Shown: piece after piece, positions 1 to 9,814 of the stretch
Layout of the letters: the number at the start of each line of letters is the position of its first letter
Numbering within the stretch: the first letter of the stretch is position 1
Assembly: GCA_020636545.1 (NCBI GenBank)
Contig: JACJXS010000010.1
Coordinates: forward strand, 9,611 to 73,610
DNA length: 64,000 bases
From: Chitinophagales bacterium
Lineage (GTDB): Bacteria > Bacteroidota > Bacteroidia > Chitinophagales > JADIYW01
Direction: 5' to 3'
The notes under the pieces: model-generated
The model's database searches: none
What the model saw: only the letters and a program-made list of their open reading frames with translations
What the model was told of the DNA's origin: nothing
Position numbers and translations under genes: made by a program

Positions 1-1
1 T

Positions 2-463
2 CGTTATAATATGAATGATAGTATTTCTATCGAAAAATATTATCCAAATACAATCATATCAGCGATTCATTATATTCCATCAAAAAAATGTAATTATATC
101 AAACGTTTTCAGATTGAAACTTCGACATTAGAACAACGTTTCTCATTTATTGCAGATGAAAAAGATGCTCAATTAGTATTTGGTACGACTGTCCCAAATC
201 CTACGATTGAATACACTTTGGACATAGGAAAAAACAAATCATCAGAGCCTGAACAAAGTGTTTTAGCATCAGTCATTGAGGTAAAAGGTTGGAAAGCTGT
301 CGGTAATAAATTTGTTGGTGGTACAATTAAATCTATTGCGTTAATTGAATCTAAACTAGTTGAAGAATCAACAGAAACAAAAGAAACTATCAACCAAAAT
401 ATTGATTTTGAGATTACCAATCTAAAAGAAAATACGGAAGGCGAACAAGGCGAATTATTTTAA
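2..463 (+). CDS. 3' end of a longer gene running off the window edge; possibly the C-terminal beta-pinwheel of a ParC/GyrA-type topoisomerase subunit (tentative)
   Basis: The frame is open from base 2, with no stop upstream of the ATG at 11. The repetitive strand-like sequence with VKGWKAVGNKF recalls Bacteroidota topo IV/gyrase A C-termini. This recognition is from memory only. Confidence 0.35.
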   Translation, partial: RYNMNDSISIEKYYPNTIISAIHYIPSKKCNYIKRFQIETSTLEQRFSFIADEKDAQLVFGTTVPNPTIEYTLDIGKNKSSEPEQSVLASVIEVKGWKAVGNKFVGGTIKSIALIESKLVEESTETKETINQNIDFEITNLKENTEGEQGELF

Positions 464-487
464 AGCTAAAGCTCTAAAGTAATTTTT

Positions 488-1393
488 CTAAACCCAATTT
501 TTGGCTTGAAAATATTGCAAAGCCTTGTATTCTTCTGAATTTATTTCAGGTTGAAAATTATATTTCCATTCCGCATGTGGTGGCAAGCTCATCAATATCG
601 ATTCTATTCTTCCATTAGTTTTTAAACCAAAATGCGTTCCTCTGTCATAGACCAAGTTAAATTCAGTATAATAACCTCTACGAATAAATTGCCATTCCTT
701 TTGGGCATCCGTAAAAGTTCTTTGTTTATTTCTATTAACGATTTCAGTATAAATAGGTAAAAAACTATTTCCTACAGCTTGCATAAATTCAAACAATTCT
801 TGTTTGTTACAAGTATCATTCGGACGTAAATGGTCATAAAAAATACCACCTATACCACGCATTTGGTTTCTGTGTTTGATAGTAAAATATTCATCACACC
901 AAGTTTTAAATTTTGGATAATAATCTGAATCAAATTTATCACATTCATTCTTTAAATATTGATGGAAAAATATAATATCTTGTTCATTTGGATAAGCTGG
1001 CGACAAATCTATTCCACCGCCAAACCATTCATCTACAATGGTTCCATCTTCGGCTTCCATCATACAAAAATATCGAACATTCATGTGAATAATTGGAACA
1101 TAAGGATTTTGGGTATGAATAACAATAGAAACGCCAGTAGCATGAAAATAATCAGCATGTCGAGTTTCAGATTTTAATACTTCAGGCAATTTACCATGAA
1201 CATGAGAAAAATTAACGCCACCTTTTTCAAAAACATTTCCATCTATAATTACTCTAGAGTCTCCGCCTCCACCTTCGGTTCTTTCCCATTTATCTGAAAC
1301 AAATACGGCTTTCCCATCAAGTTTTTCTAAGCCATTACAAATTTGTTGCTGCAAATCAACTAAGTAATTTTTTATCGAATCTAATGATGTCAT
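488..1393 (-). CDS. hemF: oxygen-dependent coproporphyrinogen III oxidase
   Basis: 301-aa ORF with the blocks WERTEGGGGDSRV, GVNFSHVHG and RRGYYTEFNLVYDRGTHFGL, which are typical of HemF. Confidence 0.9.
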   Translation of the reverse strand: MTSLDSIKNYLVDLQQQICNGLEKLDGKAVFVSDKWERTEGGGGDSRVIIDGNVFEKGGVNFSHVHGKLPEVLKSETRHADYFHATGVSIVIHTQNPYVPIIHMNVRYFCMMEAEDGTIVDEWFGGGIDLSPAYPNEQDIIFFHQYLKNECDKFDSDYYPKFKTWCDEYFTIKHRNQMRGIGGIFYDHLRPNDTCNKQELFEFMQAVGNSFLPIYTEIVNRNKQRTFTDAQKEWQFIRRGYYTEFNLVYDRGTHFGLKTNGRIESILMSLPPHAEWKYNFQPEINSEEYKALQYFQAKNWV

Positions 1394-1427
1394 GATTAAT
1401 ATTTATATGTAAAACTAAGTATTTATT

Positions 1428-1463
1428 AAAAAAAAGAGCTTATCCAAGGTTATGGACAAGCTC
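1428..1463 (-). terminator. rho-independent terminator downstream of fumC
   Basis: On the minus strand, stem GAGCTTGTCC / GGATAAGCTC (one mismatch) with an 8-nt loop, followed by T8. Confidence 0.6.
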
Positions 1464-1493
1464 GTAGAATTTAAGAATTTTTCAAACCTCAAC

Positions 1494-2894
1494 TTATTTC
1501 AATCCACCTATCATATCTTCTGGACGTACCCACTCATCAAATTCTTTTGCAGTTAGGTAGCCTAATTTTATAGCTGTTTCTTTTAAAGTAGAATTATTTT
1601 TATGTGCAGTTTGAGCAATTTCAGCCGCTTTATAATAGCCAATTTTTGGATTTAAAGCAGTAACTAACATCAAACTATTATCCAAATTTCTTTTGATATT
1701 ATCGTGCAAAGGTTCAATACCAACAGCACATTTATCATTGAAAGAAACACAAACATCAGCAATTAATCTCGCAGAATGTAAGAAATTATAAATCATTACA
1801 GGTTTAAAAACATTCAATTCAAAATGTCCATTTGAGCCACCAATATTAATAGCTACATCATTTCCCATAATTTGAGCTGCCGACATGGTCATCGCTTCGC
1901 ATTGAGTAGGATTTACTTTTCCTGGCATAATTGAAGAACCTGGTTCGTTATCAGGAATATGAATTTCACCAATACCACATCTTGGTCCAGAAGACAACAT
2001 TCTGATATCATTAGCAATTTTCATCATTGAAACTGCCACTGTTTTCAATGCTCCATGAGCTTCCACAATCGCATCATGAGCCGCCAGAGCTTCAAATTTG
2101 TTATCTGCAGTAATAAATGGTAATCCTGTTAAAGTGGCAATTTCTTTAGCCACATTTTTTGCATAACCTTTAGGTGTATTAATTCCTGTACCAACTGCTG
2201 TTCCACCTAAAGCCAATTCTGATAAATGAGCCAAAGTATTTTCTATAGCTTTAATTCCATGATCTAATTGAGATACATAACCTGAAAACTCTTGACCAAG
2301 TGTCAAAGGTGTAGCATCCATAAAATGTGTACGACCAATTTTAACCACATTAGCAAAAGCTTTTGATTTTTTTGCTAAAGTATTTCTCAGTTTTTTAATT
2401 CCTGGAATTGTTTTCTCTACCAAGATAGTATAGGCTGCAATATGCATGGCTGTTGGAAAAGTATCATTCGATGATTGTGATTTATTGACATCATCATTTG
2501 GATTGATAAGTTTTTTCTCATCTGCAAGATTTCCACCTAATAAAACATGACCACGATAGGCAATCACTTCATTACAATTCATATTTGATTGAGTTCCTGA
2601 ACCTGTTTGCCATACTACTAATGGGAATTGGTCGTCTAATTTTCCTGCTAGTATTTCATCACAAACTTGTCCAATAATGTCTGACTTTTTCTTGTCTAAA
2701 ACTTTTGCTTTGTGATTGGTAATTGCTGCAGCTTTTTTTAAATACGCAAATGCTCTAATAATTTCTTTAGGCATTTTATTAATATCTTGTGCAATTTGAA
2801 AGTTCTCTATAGAACGTTGGGTTTGAGCACCCCAATACACATGAGCCGGAACTTTAACTTGTCCCATGGTATCTTTCTCAATTCTGAATTCCAT
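1494..2894 (-). CDS. fumC: class II fumarate hydratase
   Basis: 466 aa with the fumarate-lyase signature [16 protein letters not shown] and the N-terminus [25 protein letters not shown]. Confidence 0.95.
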   Translation of the reverse strand: MEFRIEKDTMGQVKVPAHVYWGAQTQRSIENFQIAQDINKMPKEIIRAFAYLKKAAAITNHKAKVLDKKKSDIIGQVCDEILAGKLDDQFPLVVWQTGSGTQSNMNCNEVIAYRGHVLLGGNLADEKKLINPNDDVNKSQSSNDTFPTAMHIAAYTILVEKTIPGIKKLRNTLAKKSKAFANVVKIGRTHFMDATPLTLGQEFSGYVSQLDHGIKAIENTLAHLSELALGGTAVGTGINTPKGYAKNVAKEIATLTGLPFITADNKFEALAAHDAIVEAHGALKTVAVSMMKIANDIRMLSSGPRCGIGEIHIPDNEPGSSIMPGKVNPTQCEAMTMSAAQIMGNDVAINIGGSNGHFELNVFKPVMIYNFLHSARLIADVCVSFNDKCAVGIEPLHDNIKRNLDNSLMLVTALNPKIGYYKAAEIAQTAHKNNSTLKETAIKLGYLTAKEFDEWVRPEDMIGGLK

Positions 2895-3000
2895 TTTCTA
2901 AAAATTATAGGTTATAAATACTTTTGTAATTAAAAAATCGCTGTAAATATACGGAATTATACAATTTCATTAATTATAATACTTGATAATTTTGTCTTAT

Positions 3001-3612
3001 TTATAATAAAACTCTGAGCATCATCACAATTCCAAAAATAAATAAGGAAATTCCTACCAATTTCTTAAACATAGAAAGTTTTTCTACACTTAAATTATAT
3101 TTAAGATAGTAACCAAAACGCATCTTCAATAAATCAAAAAAGAAAATGGTAAATAAAATAAAAAAGTAGTAAATAAATTTTTCATTTGAGGTATAACCTT
3201 GAACAGCAGTAGCAGTGTATAAGCCCATCCACCAGACAATTACAAATGGGTTTGTTAAATTGATTGATACACCTTTAAGAAATGCACCGCCAATAGTTTT
3301 TACATTTTCAGTATCCACGCCTTTCAAATTTGTTTTAGAAATGAATGTTATTACACCAAATAACATTAGGATTATCCCACCAATTAAACCAACATAAAAC
3401 TTAAACTTTTCGATATGAATTTCAGTAAATATTTCATTAATCAAAATAATTAATGCTGCATCGCTCACAATAATAGCTAAGATATATGCCAAACCAGATT
3501 TCCAGCCTCTTGTAATTGTAATATCAATTAATCCCAAAAAAATTGGACCAATTAAAAAACTAACCATTACGCCGATTGATATTCCTTTTAAAGCAACTTC
3601 CATTATTGCCAA
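3001..3612 (-). CDS. LysE/RhtB-type amino-acid exporter family membrane protein
   Basis: 203 aa with about 6 hydrophobic segments. N-terminal GISIGVMVSFLIGPIF resembles the LysE family motif. Confidence 0.55.
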   Translation of the reverse strand: MAIMEVALKGISIGVMVSFLIGPIFLGLIDITITRGWKSGLAYILAIIVSDAALIILINEIFTEIHIEKFKFYVGLIGGIILMLFGVITFISKTNLKGVDTENVKTIGGAFLKGVSINLTNPFVIVWWMGLYTATAVQGYTSNEKFIYYFFILFTIFFFDLLKMRFGYYLKYNLSVEKLSMFKKLVGISLFIFGIVMMLRVLL

Positions 3613-3721
3613 AAATACATAAAATAGATATAAACTGATATTAGGATATTACTACCAAATTCAGCATTTAAGACAAATCGTTTTATAGTAAGTCTAATTA
3701 TAAAATTCCTATTTTTGCATA

Positions 3722-4948
3722 ATGATTGAAAATGAATTTGATATTCTAATTGTGGGTGGTGGAGCAAGTGGCTTTTTTACAGCTATTCAAATTGCAGAAC
3801 AAAATCCTAATCTTTCAATTTGCATTTTGGAACAAAGCAAAAAAGTATTAGAAAAAGTAAAAATTTCAGGTGGCGGAAGATGTAACGTAACAAATATATG
3901 TTCAGACCCAAAAGAATTAGTAAAAAATTACCCAAGAGGCAATAAAAATTTATTGAATATATTTTATGCTTTTAATACAACACATACAATCCGTTGGTTC
4001 GAAGAACATAATATTCAATTAAAAACTGAAAGTGATGGAAGAGTTTTTCCAAAAAGCAACACCTCTCAAACAATAATTGATTGTTTTTTAAACTTATGCC
4101 ATCAGTATAAAATTACAATTCAGACAGAGCAAAAAGTAGTTCAAATTAAAGCAATTGAACAAGCTTTTCATTTACAAACTTTAAATAATAAATACATTTG
4201 CAAAAAATTAGTTTTGGCGTGTAGTACCAATAAAATTATTTTAGACGAAATTGAAAAATTAAATATCTCTACAATACCTTTAATTCCTTCATTATTTAGT
4301 TTTAATACTAAAAATCTACTATTTAAAGAATTGGCAGGCATCACCTTAGAAAATTGTACTGCACAAATTGTAAACACTAAAATTAGAACTGAAGGGAATA
4401 TTTTGATTACACATACTGGCGTTACTGGACCTTGTATATTGAAATTATCAGCTTATGGTGCGAAAGAGCTGTTTCAGTTGAATTACAATACAGATATTAT
4501 TATCAATTGGAATAACGACAATTTTAATGATACGATTTCAGTATTATCTGATTTTAAAATTAGTGAAGCTAAGAAAAAAGTAAGCAATGTAAAACCATAT
4601 TCTATTCCTAATAGATTTTGGAATAATTTATTAGCTATTTCTTCGATAGATAAAGAAAAAAAATGGGCAGACTTAAACAAACAAGAAATAAAAAATCTAG
4701 CGATAAATCTTTCGCAATTTAGTTTAAGAATTAATGGAAAAAGCACCAATAAAGATGAATTTGTAACCGCAGGAGGCATCTCACTTCAAGCCGTCAATAT
4801 GAAAACAATGCAATCCAAACAATATGAAAACCTATATTTCACAGGCGAAATATTAGATATTGATGGAATTACTGGAGGTTTTAATTTTCAGGCAGCATGG
4901 TCCACTGCTTACCTCGCTGCAAAACATATTGCTAGCTTGGACTCATAG
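3722..4948 (+). CDS. HI0933/BaiN-like NAD(P)/FAD-dependent oxidoreductase
   Basis: ILIVGGGASGFF dinucleotide fold, SGGGRCNVTN and C-terminal GGFNFQAAWSTA blocks. Confidence 0.8.
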   Translation: MIENEFDILIVGGGASGFFTAIQIAEQNPNLSICILEQSKKVLEKVKISGGGRCNVTNICSDPKELVKNYPRGNKNLLNIFYAFNTTHTIRWFEEHNIQLKTESDGRVFPKSNTSQTIIDCFLNLCHQYKITIQTEQKVVQIKAIEQAFHLQTLNNKYICKKLVLACSTNKIILDEIEKLNISTIPLIPSLFSFNTKNLLFKELAGITLENCTAQIVNTKIRTEGNILITHTGVTGPCILKLSAYGAKELFQLNYNTDIIINWNNDNFNDTISVLSDFKISEAKKKVSNVKPYSIPNRFWNNLLAISSIDKEKKWADLNKQEIKNLAINLSQFSLRINGKSTNKDEFVTAGGISLQAVNMKTMQSKQYENLYFTGEILDIDGITGGFNFQAAWSTAYLAAKHIASLDS

Positions 4949-5121
4949 AAGTGATTAAAAATAAATGAGTAACGAAGAAGATGGGAGGAATTGGGTTTGA
5001 GATTTTTGAATAATGATTTTCTTGAAACGGTCTTAAATTATGAATAATGGATTACAAATGACAGGCTATATTTATGAATTATTTCATTATTAAATTATTC
5101 CATTTTTCTTATATTTGAGGT

Positions 5122-5637
5122 ATGGAAATTCCTGCTTCAGCACAAAAAATATTGAATGCCGAAACTGCGGCTTTAAAAGTAGATAGAATCGTATTTCAAA
5201 TCTTAGAAAATACCTTTCATAGTCCAGAAATTGTAATGATTGGGATAAAAGATGGTGGTTATATTATTGCAGAAAAAATTGCAGAAAAAATAAACCATTA
5301 TTATCCTGAAAAAAAGGTAGCATTACTTTCTTTAACCATCGACAAAATAAATCCTGTTGGAAATACGATATTGCTTGAACCCAATTCTAATTTAGAAGGA
5401 AAAACTATTGTATTAATTGATGATGTTGCAAATACTGGCAAAACTATGTTTTATACTTTTAATGAGCTTACAAAATACAAAATAGAGAAGCTCATTACCT
5501 GTGTTTTAATAGACAGAACTCATAAAAAATTTCCTATACAGTCTGATATTGTTGGCTTACAAATGGCTACTACTTTTAATGAACACATTATTGTAAAAAT
5601 TGAAAACAACGAAATAGAAGGTGCATATTTATTTTAA
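5122..5637 (+). CDS. phosphoribosyltransferase family protein (PyrR-like size)
   Basis: PRPP-binding loop IVLIDDVANTGKTM; 171 aa. Confidence 0.65.
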   Translation: MEIPASAQKILNAETAALKVDRIVFQILENTFHSPEIVMIGIKDGGYIIAEKIAEKINHYYPEKKVALLSLTIDKINPVGNTILLEPNSNLEGKTIVLIDDVANTGKTMFYTFNELTKYKIEKLITCVLIDRTHKKFPIQSDIVGLQMATTFNEHIIVKIENNEIEGAYLF

Positions 5638-5654
5638 ATACTAATATTTTTTTG

Positions 5655-6758
5655 ATGAAGAAAGAAGTAATATTTGCATTTTTACTTTTTATAAGTACAT
5701 TTTGTTTTTCTCAGAAAAATGGTTTTAATATTGATGATTTAGTAGAGCCAAATGAACAAGAATTATTGATTATAGAACGCATTAACTATCTTAATGAAAT
5801 GCGAAAATTAAGTTCCAATTTATTTTGGAAAGATTTTGGATTAAATGAGTTTCCAGGCACTATTGTATATTTTACAGATTCACTTTCCTATTTTATCAAT
5901 CCAGAACAAAGTGTTTTAGATAAAATATCAAAATTTAAAGCACTTAAAAATCCCTATGATTTTACAATTTTAAGATTAGCACTTCCATTTGATGCACCAA
6001 CCTTTGTAATCCAAACACTATTTGAAACATCAGAAGGAAATAAAAAAAATATTAACTATATGTTGCCGATTTTATTTTGTAGTTCTCCAGAAGTAAGTAA
6101 AACTTTACAACCAGAAATTAATAGCACGGAACTTTGGGCAAGCAATACATTGCACGAATATTTTCACCAATATCAATTCAAGATAAAAGCCATTTATAGT
6201 TATCTTAATGTCTTTATTTCGCAAAAGAAAATGTTTGACAAAGACAGTATGCAATCCATTTACAACAAAAACTGGAACTTTAAAGATACCTTAGTCAAAG
6301 AAAATGATTTATTACTTAAAGCTATTAATTCCAATAGCCTTGAAGCCGAAAAAAATTATTTTACTCAATTTCTAAAATCAAGAAATAAAAGGCGATTAGA
6401 ATACCAAAAGAAAACAAAGTTTGCAATTGGTCAAATTGAAGATTTATGGGAAAAAATTGAAGGTACAACTTTATATCTTGAAGCTGTACTAAAACAAAAC
6501 TTTGGGCAACTTCCTCCTCAACATTACCTAATACAACACGATACTTTATTTTTAAATCAAAATATTTTTAGTGGGTTCAATCTTGCAACTGATTTAAAAT
6601 ACACATCAATCCAAGATGCAGATTATTATTTTGGAGCAACTGGTGTAAATCTAATTCGGCTATTAGAAAAACACAATGTTGATTATAAAAAAGATTTCTT
6701 CCAATATGCATCAATGCCTTTATCTACTCAATTAAAGTACTTTTATAAAATAAAATAA
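5655..6758 (+). CDS. secreted hypothetical protein with an HExxH motif
   Basis: N-terminal signal peptide MKKEVIFAFLLFISTFCFSQ and an internal LHEYFHQYQ (HExxH). The ATG at 5655 is preferred over the TTG at 5652. Confidence 0.5.
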   Translation: MKKEVIFAFLLFISTFCFSQKNGFNIDDLVEPNEQELLIIERINYLNEMRKLSSNLFWKDFGLNEFPGTIVYFTDSLSYFINPEQSVLDKISKFKALKNPYDFTILRLALPFDAPTFVIQTLFETSEGNKKNINYMLPILFCSSPEVSKTLQPEINSTELWASNTLHEYFHQYQFKIKAIYSYLNVFISQKKMFDKDSMQSIYNKNWNFKDTLVKENDLLLKAINSNSLEAEKNYFTQFLKSRNKRRLEYQKKTKFAIGQIEDLWEKIEGTTLYLEAVLKQNFGQLPPQHYLIQHDTLFLNQNIFSGFNLATDLKYTSIQDADYYFGATGVNLIRLLEKHNVDYKKDFFQYASMPLSTQLKYFYKIK

Positions 6759-6762
6759 TTCA

Positions 6763-7422
6763 ATGTTCTCAAAATTATTTTCTAAGAAAACAATTATTCT
6801 ATTATGCACGTTTGTATTCCTAATAACAATTTCAGCTATTGTTTTTTGTAATAATAAAGTCGAGCAGTTTTCAAATGACAAATTATACAACGATATTAAT
6901 AAAATCCCTCACAATCATGTAGGCTTACTTTTAGGAACATGCAAAACATTAAAAGACAGAATTACTATCAATCCTTTTTGGCAACATCGATTAGAGGCAA
7001 CTTATTTACTTTGGAAACATAAAAAAATAGATATAATATTGATCAGTGGTGATGGCGGATGGCATGGCTATAACGAACCAGAAGATTTTAGAAAAGCATT
7101 TTTGAAATTAGGCGTTCCTGATTCCGTGATAGTTATAGATGCTGCTGGATTTAGAACGCACGATTCTGTGATTCGAGCATTGAAAATATTTGGTTTAAAA
7201 AAGTTTACTATTATCTCTCAACTATTTCATAATAAAAGAGCATTAGTTATTGCAAATAAATACAATATTGATGCAATTGGGTTTAATGCAAATGATATAG
7301 GCAGAAAACATGCTTGGTTTAATTATTTTAGAGAAAAATTAGCAAGAGTAAAATTATTCTTAGATTTATATATTCTCAACACACAGCCACACCTTTTAGA
7401 TGATACAAGATTTATTAATTAA
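6763..7422 (+). CDS. sanA: SanA/YdcF (DUF218) family envelope protein
   Basis: N-terminal TM segment, then LLLGT...ILISGDGGWHGYNEPE...GVP...IDAAGFRTHDSVIRA...SQLFHNKRAL, which matches SanA blocks. Confidence 0.7.
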   Translation: MFSKLFSKKTIILLCTFVFLITISAIVFCNNKVEQFSNDKLYNDINKIPHNHVGLLLGTCKTLKDRITINPFWQHRLEATYLLWKHKKIDIILISGDGGWHGYNEPEDFRKAFLKLGVPDSVIVIDAAGFRTHDSVIRALKIFGLKKFTIISQLFHNKRALVIANKYNIDAIGFNANDIGRKHAWFNYFREKLARVKLFLDLYILNTQPHLLDDTRFIN

Positions 7423-7430
7423 GTAAATAA

Positions 7431-8933
<1,503 letters not shown>

Positions 8934-8999
8934 ATAAAAGCCAATATTAATATAATATTTATTTAACAAAAAAAATATTGCAAAATAAAATCTTTATAA

Positions 9000-9007
9000 T
9001 ACTTTTG
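9000..9007 (+). promoter_or_regulatory. candidate Bacteroidota -7 promoter element (TACTTTTG) for lipoprotein copy 1
   Basis: Matches TAnnTTTG, ending 33 nt upstream of the ATG at 9041. Confidence 0.35.
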
Positions 9008-9040
9008 CCTCTGAATTTAAACTAATTAAAAAAAATCAAA

Positions 9041-9238
9041 ATGAAAAAATTATTCGTATTATTTGCTGCTGCTACATTATTCGTAGGAGTACAAGCTTGT
9101 AAATCTACTGAACAACCTGCTGAAGAAGTAGTTGAAGCTACTGAAGAAGTAGTTGAAGATGCTGCTGCTGTAGTTGATTCTGCTGCTGCTGTAGTTGATT
9201 CTGCTGCTACTGTAGTTACTGAAACAGTTGCTAAGTAA
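9041..9238 (+). CDS. small acidic heptad-repeat lipoprotein, copy 1
   Basis: 65 aa with signal peptide plus lipobox (FVGVQAC). The mature 46-aa part is Glu/Ala/Val-rich with a VV-x5 period and a C-terminal Lys. It has its own promoter motif and terminator. Confidence 0.75.
   Translation: MKKLFVLFAAATLFVGVQACKSTEQPAEEVVEATEEVVEDAAAVVDSAAAVVDSAATVVTETVAK
9128..9232 (+). repeat. five tandem degenerate 21-bp coding repeats (GTAGTTGAnnnnnCTGCTGCT type)
   Basis: Units start at 9128, 9149, 9170, 9191 and 9212, each beginning GTAGTT. They encode VVEATEE / VVEDAAA / VVDSAAA / VVDSAAT / VVTETVA. Confidence 0.85.
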
Positions 9239-9257
9239 TTTACTTAAACAGTAAAAT

Positions 9258-9290
9258 TAAAGCCCCAAATTATTTTGGGGCTTTTTTTAT
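9258..9290 (+). terminator. rho-independent terminator of lipoprotein copy 1
   Basis: AAAGCCCCAAA-TTAT-TTTGGGGCTTT followed by a T-run. Confidence 0.75.
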
Positions 9291-9331
9291 TTTTTTAACA
9301 TTCCATTCTTTTAAATTTTAGCTCCAATTAT

Positions 9332-9339
9332 TATATTTG
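9332..9339 (+). promoter_or_regulatory. candidate -7 promoter element (TATATTTG) for lipoprotein copy 2
   Basis: Matches TAnnTTTG, ending 21 nt upstream of the ATG at 9361. Confidence 0.35.
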
Positions 9340-9360
9340 CAACAACTAAATCAATCAAAA

Positions 9361-9558
9361 ATGAAGAAATTATTTGTATTATTTGCTGCTGCTACATTAT
9401 TTGTAGGAGTACAAGCGTGTAAATCTACTGAACAACCTGCTGAAGAAGTAGTTGAAGCTACTGAAGAAGTAGTTGAAGATGCTGCTGCTGTAGTTGATTC
9501 TGCTGCTGCTGTAGTTGACTCAGCTGCTGCTGTAGTTACTGAAACAGTTGCTAAGTAA
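9361..9558 (+). CDS. small acidic heptad-repeat lipoprotein, copy 2
   Basis: Differs from copy 1 at 7 of 198 nt: 6 synonymous changes and 1 Thr->Ala. The ATG at 9361 aligns with the copy 1 start; the track ORF begins at an upstream TTG at 9337. Confidence 0.75.
   Translation: MKKLFVLFAAATLFVGVQACKSTEQPAEEVVEATEEVVEDAAAVVDSAAAVVDSAAAVVTETVAK
9448..9552 (+). repeat. five tandem degenerate 21-bp coding repeats (copy 2)
   Basis: Same array as 9128-9232, offset by 320 nt. Confidence 0.85.
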
Positions 9559-9581
9559 TTTACTTAACAATTAAGAAAATG

Positions 9582-9613
9582 ATAGGCTGTCTGAAAAATT
9601 TCGGACAGCCTAT
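9582..9613 (+). terminator. rho-independent terminator of lipoprotein copy 2
   Basis: ATAGGCTGTC-(12 nt)-GACAGCCTAT followed by TTTAATTTTT. Confidence 0.7.
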
Positions 9614-9814
9614 TTAATTTTTACTATTATTTTTGAACGCTTTTTCCTGTAACAGACTTGCACATTAATAACTAAAAAAATGTATAAAAATGGAACAAGT
9701 AAAGTGATTTCAGAATTATAATAAGATGTATATTTACCGTAGAATTAAAACAGAAAATTGTAACCTTATTTTTGGACATTCCAATGTTCAATTTTAAATC
9801 TATATTTATTGTCA

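Noticed and set aside
3710-3717. TAnnTTTG promoter-like motifs lie immediately before start codons: 3710-3717 before the ATG at 3722, and 5110-5117 before the ATG at 5122.
   Set aside because: The motif ends only 4 nt from the annotated ATG, so the predicted transcription start would fall at or inside the start codon. Either these mRNAs are leaderless or the matches are chance hits in AT-rich DNA. This is too uncertain to annotate.
9128-9552. Short regularly spaced repeats that could at first glance suggest a CRISPR-like or intergenic tandem array.
   Set aside because: The 21-bp units are contiguous with no spacers, in frame, and inside two lipoprotein CDSs. They are coding heptad repeats. 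No cas genes are present in the window.
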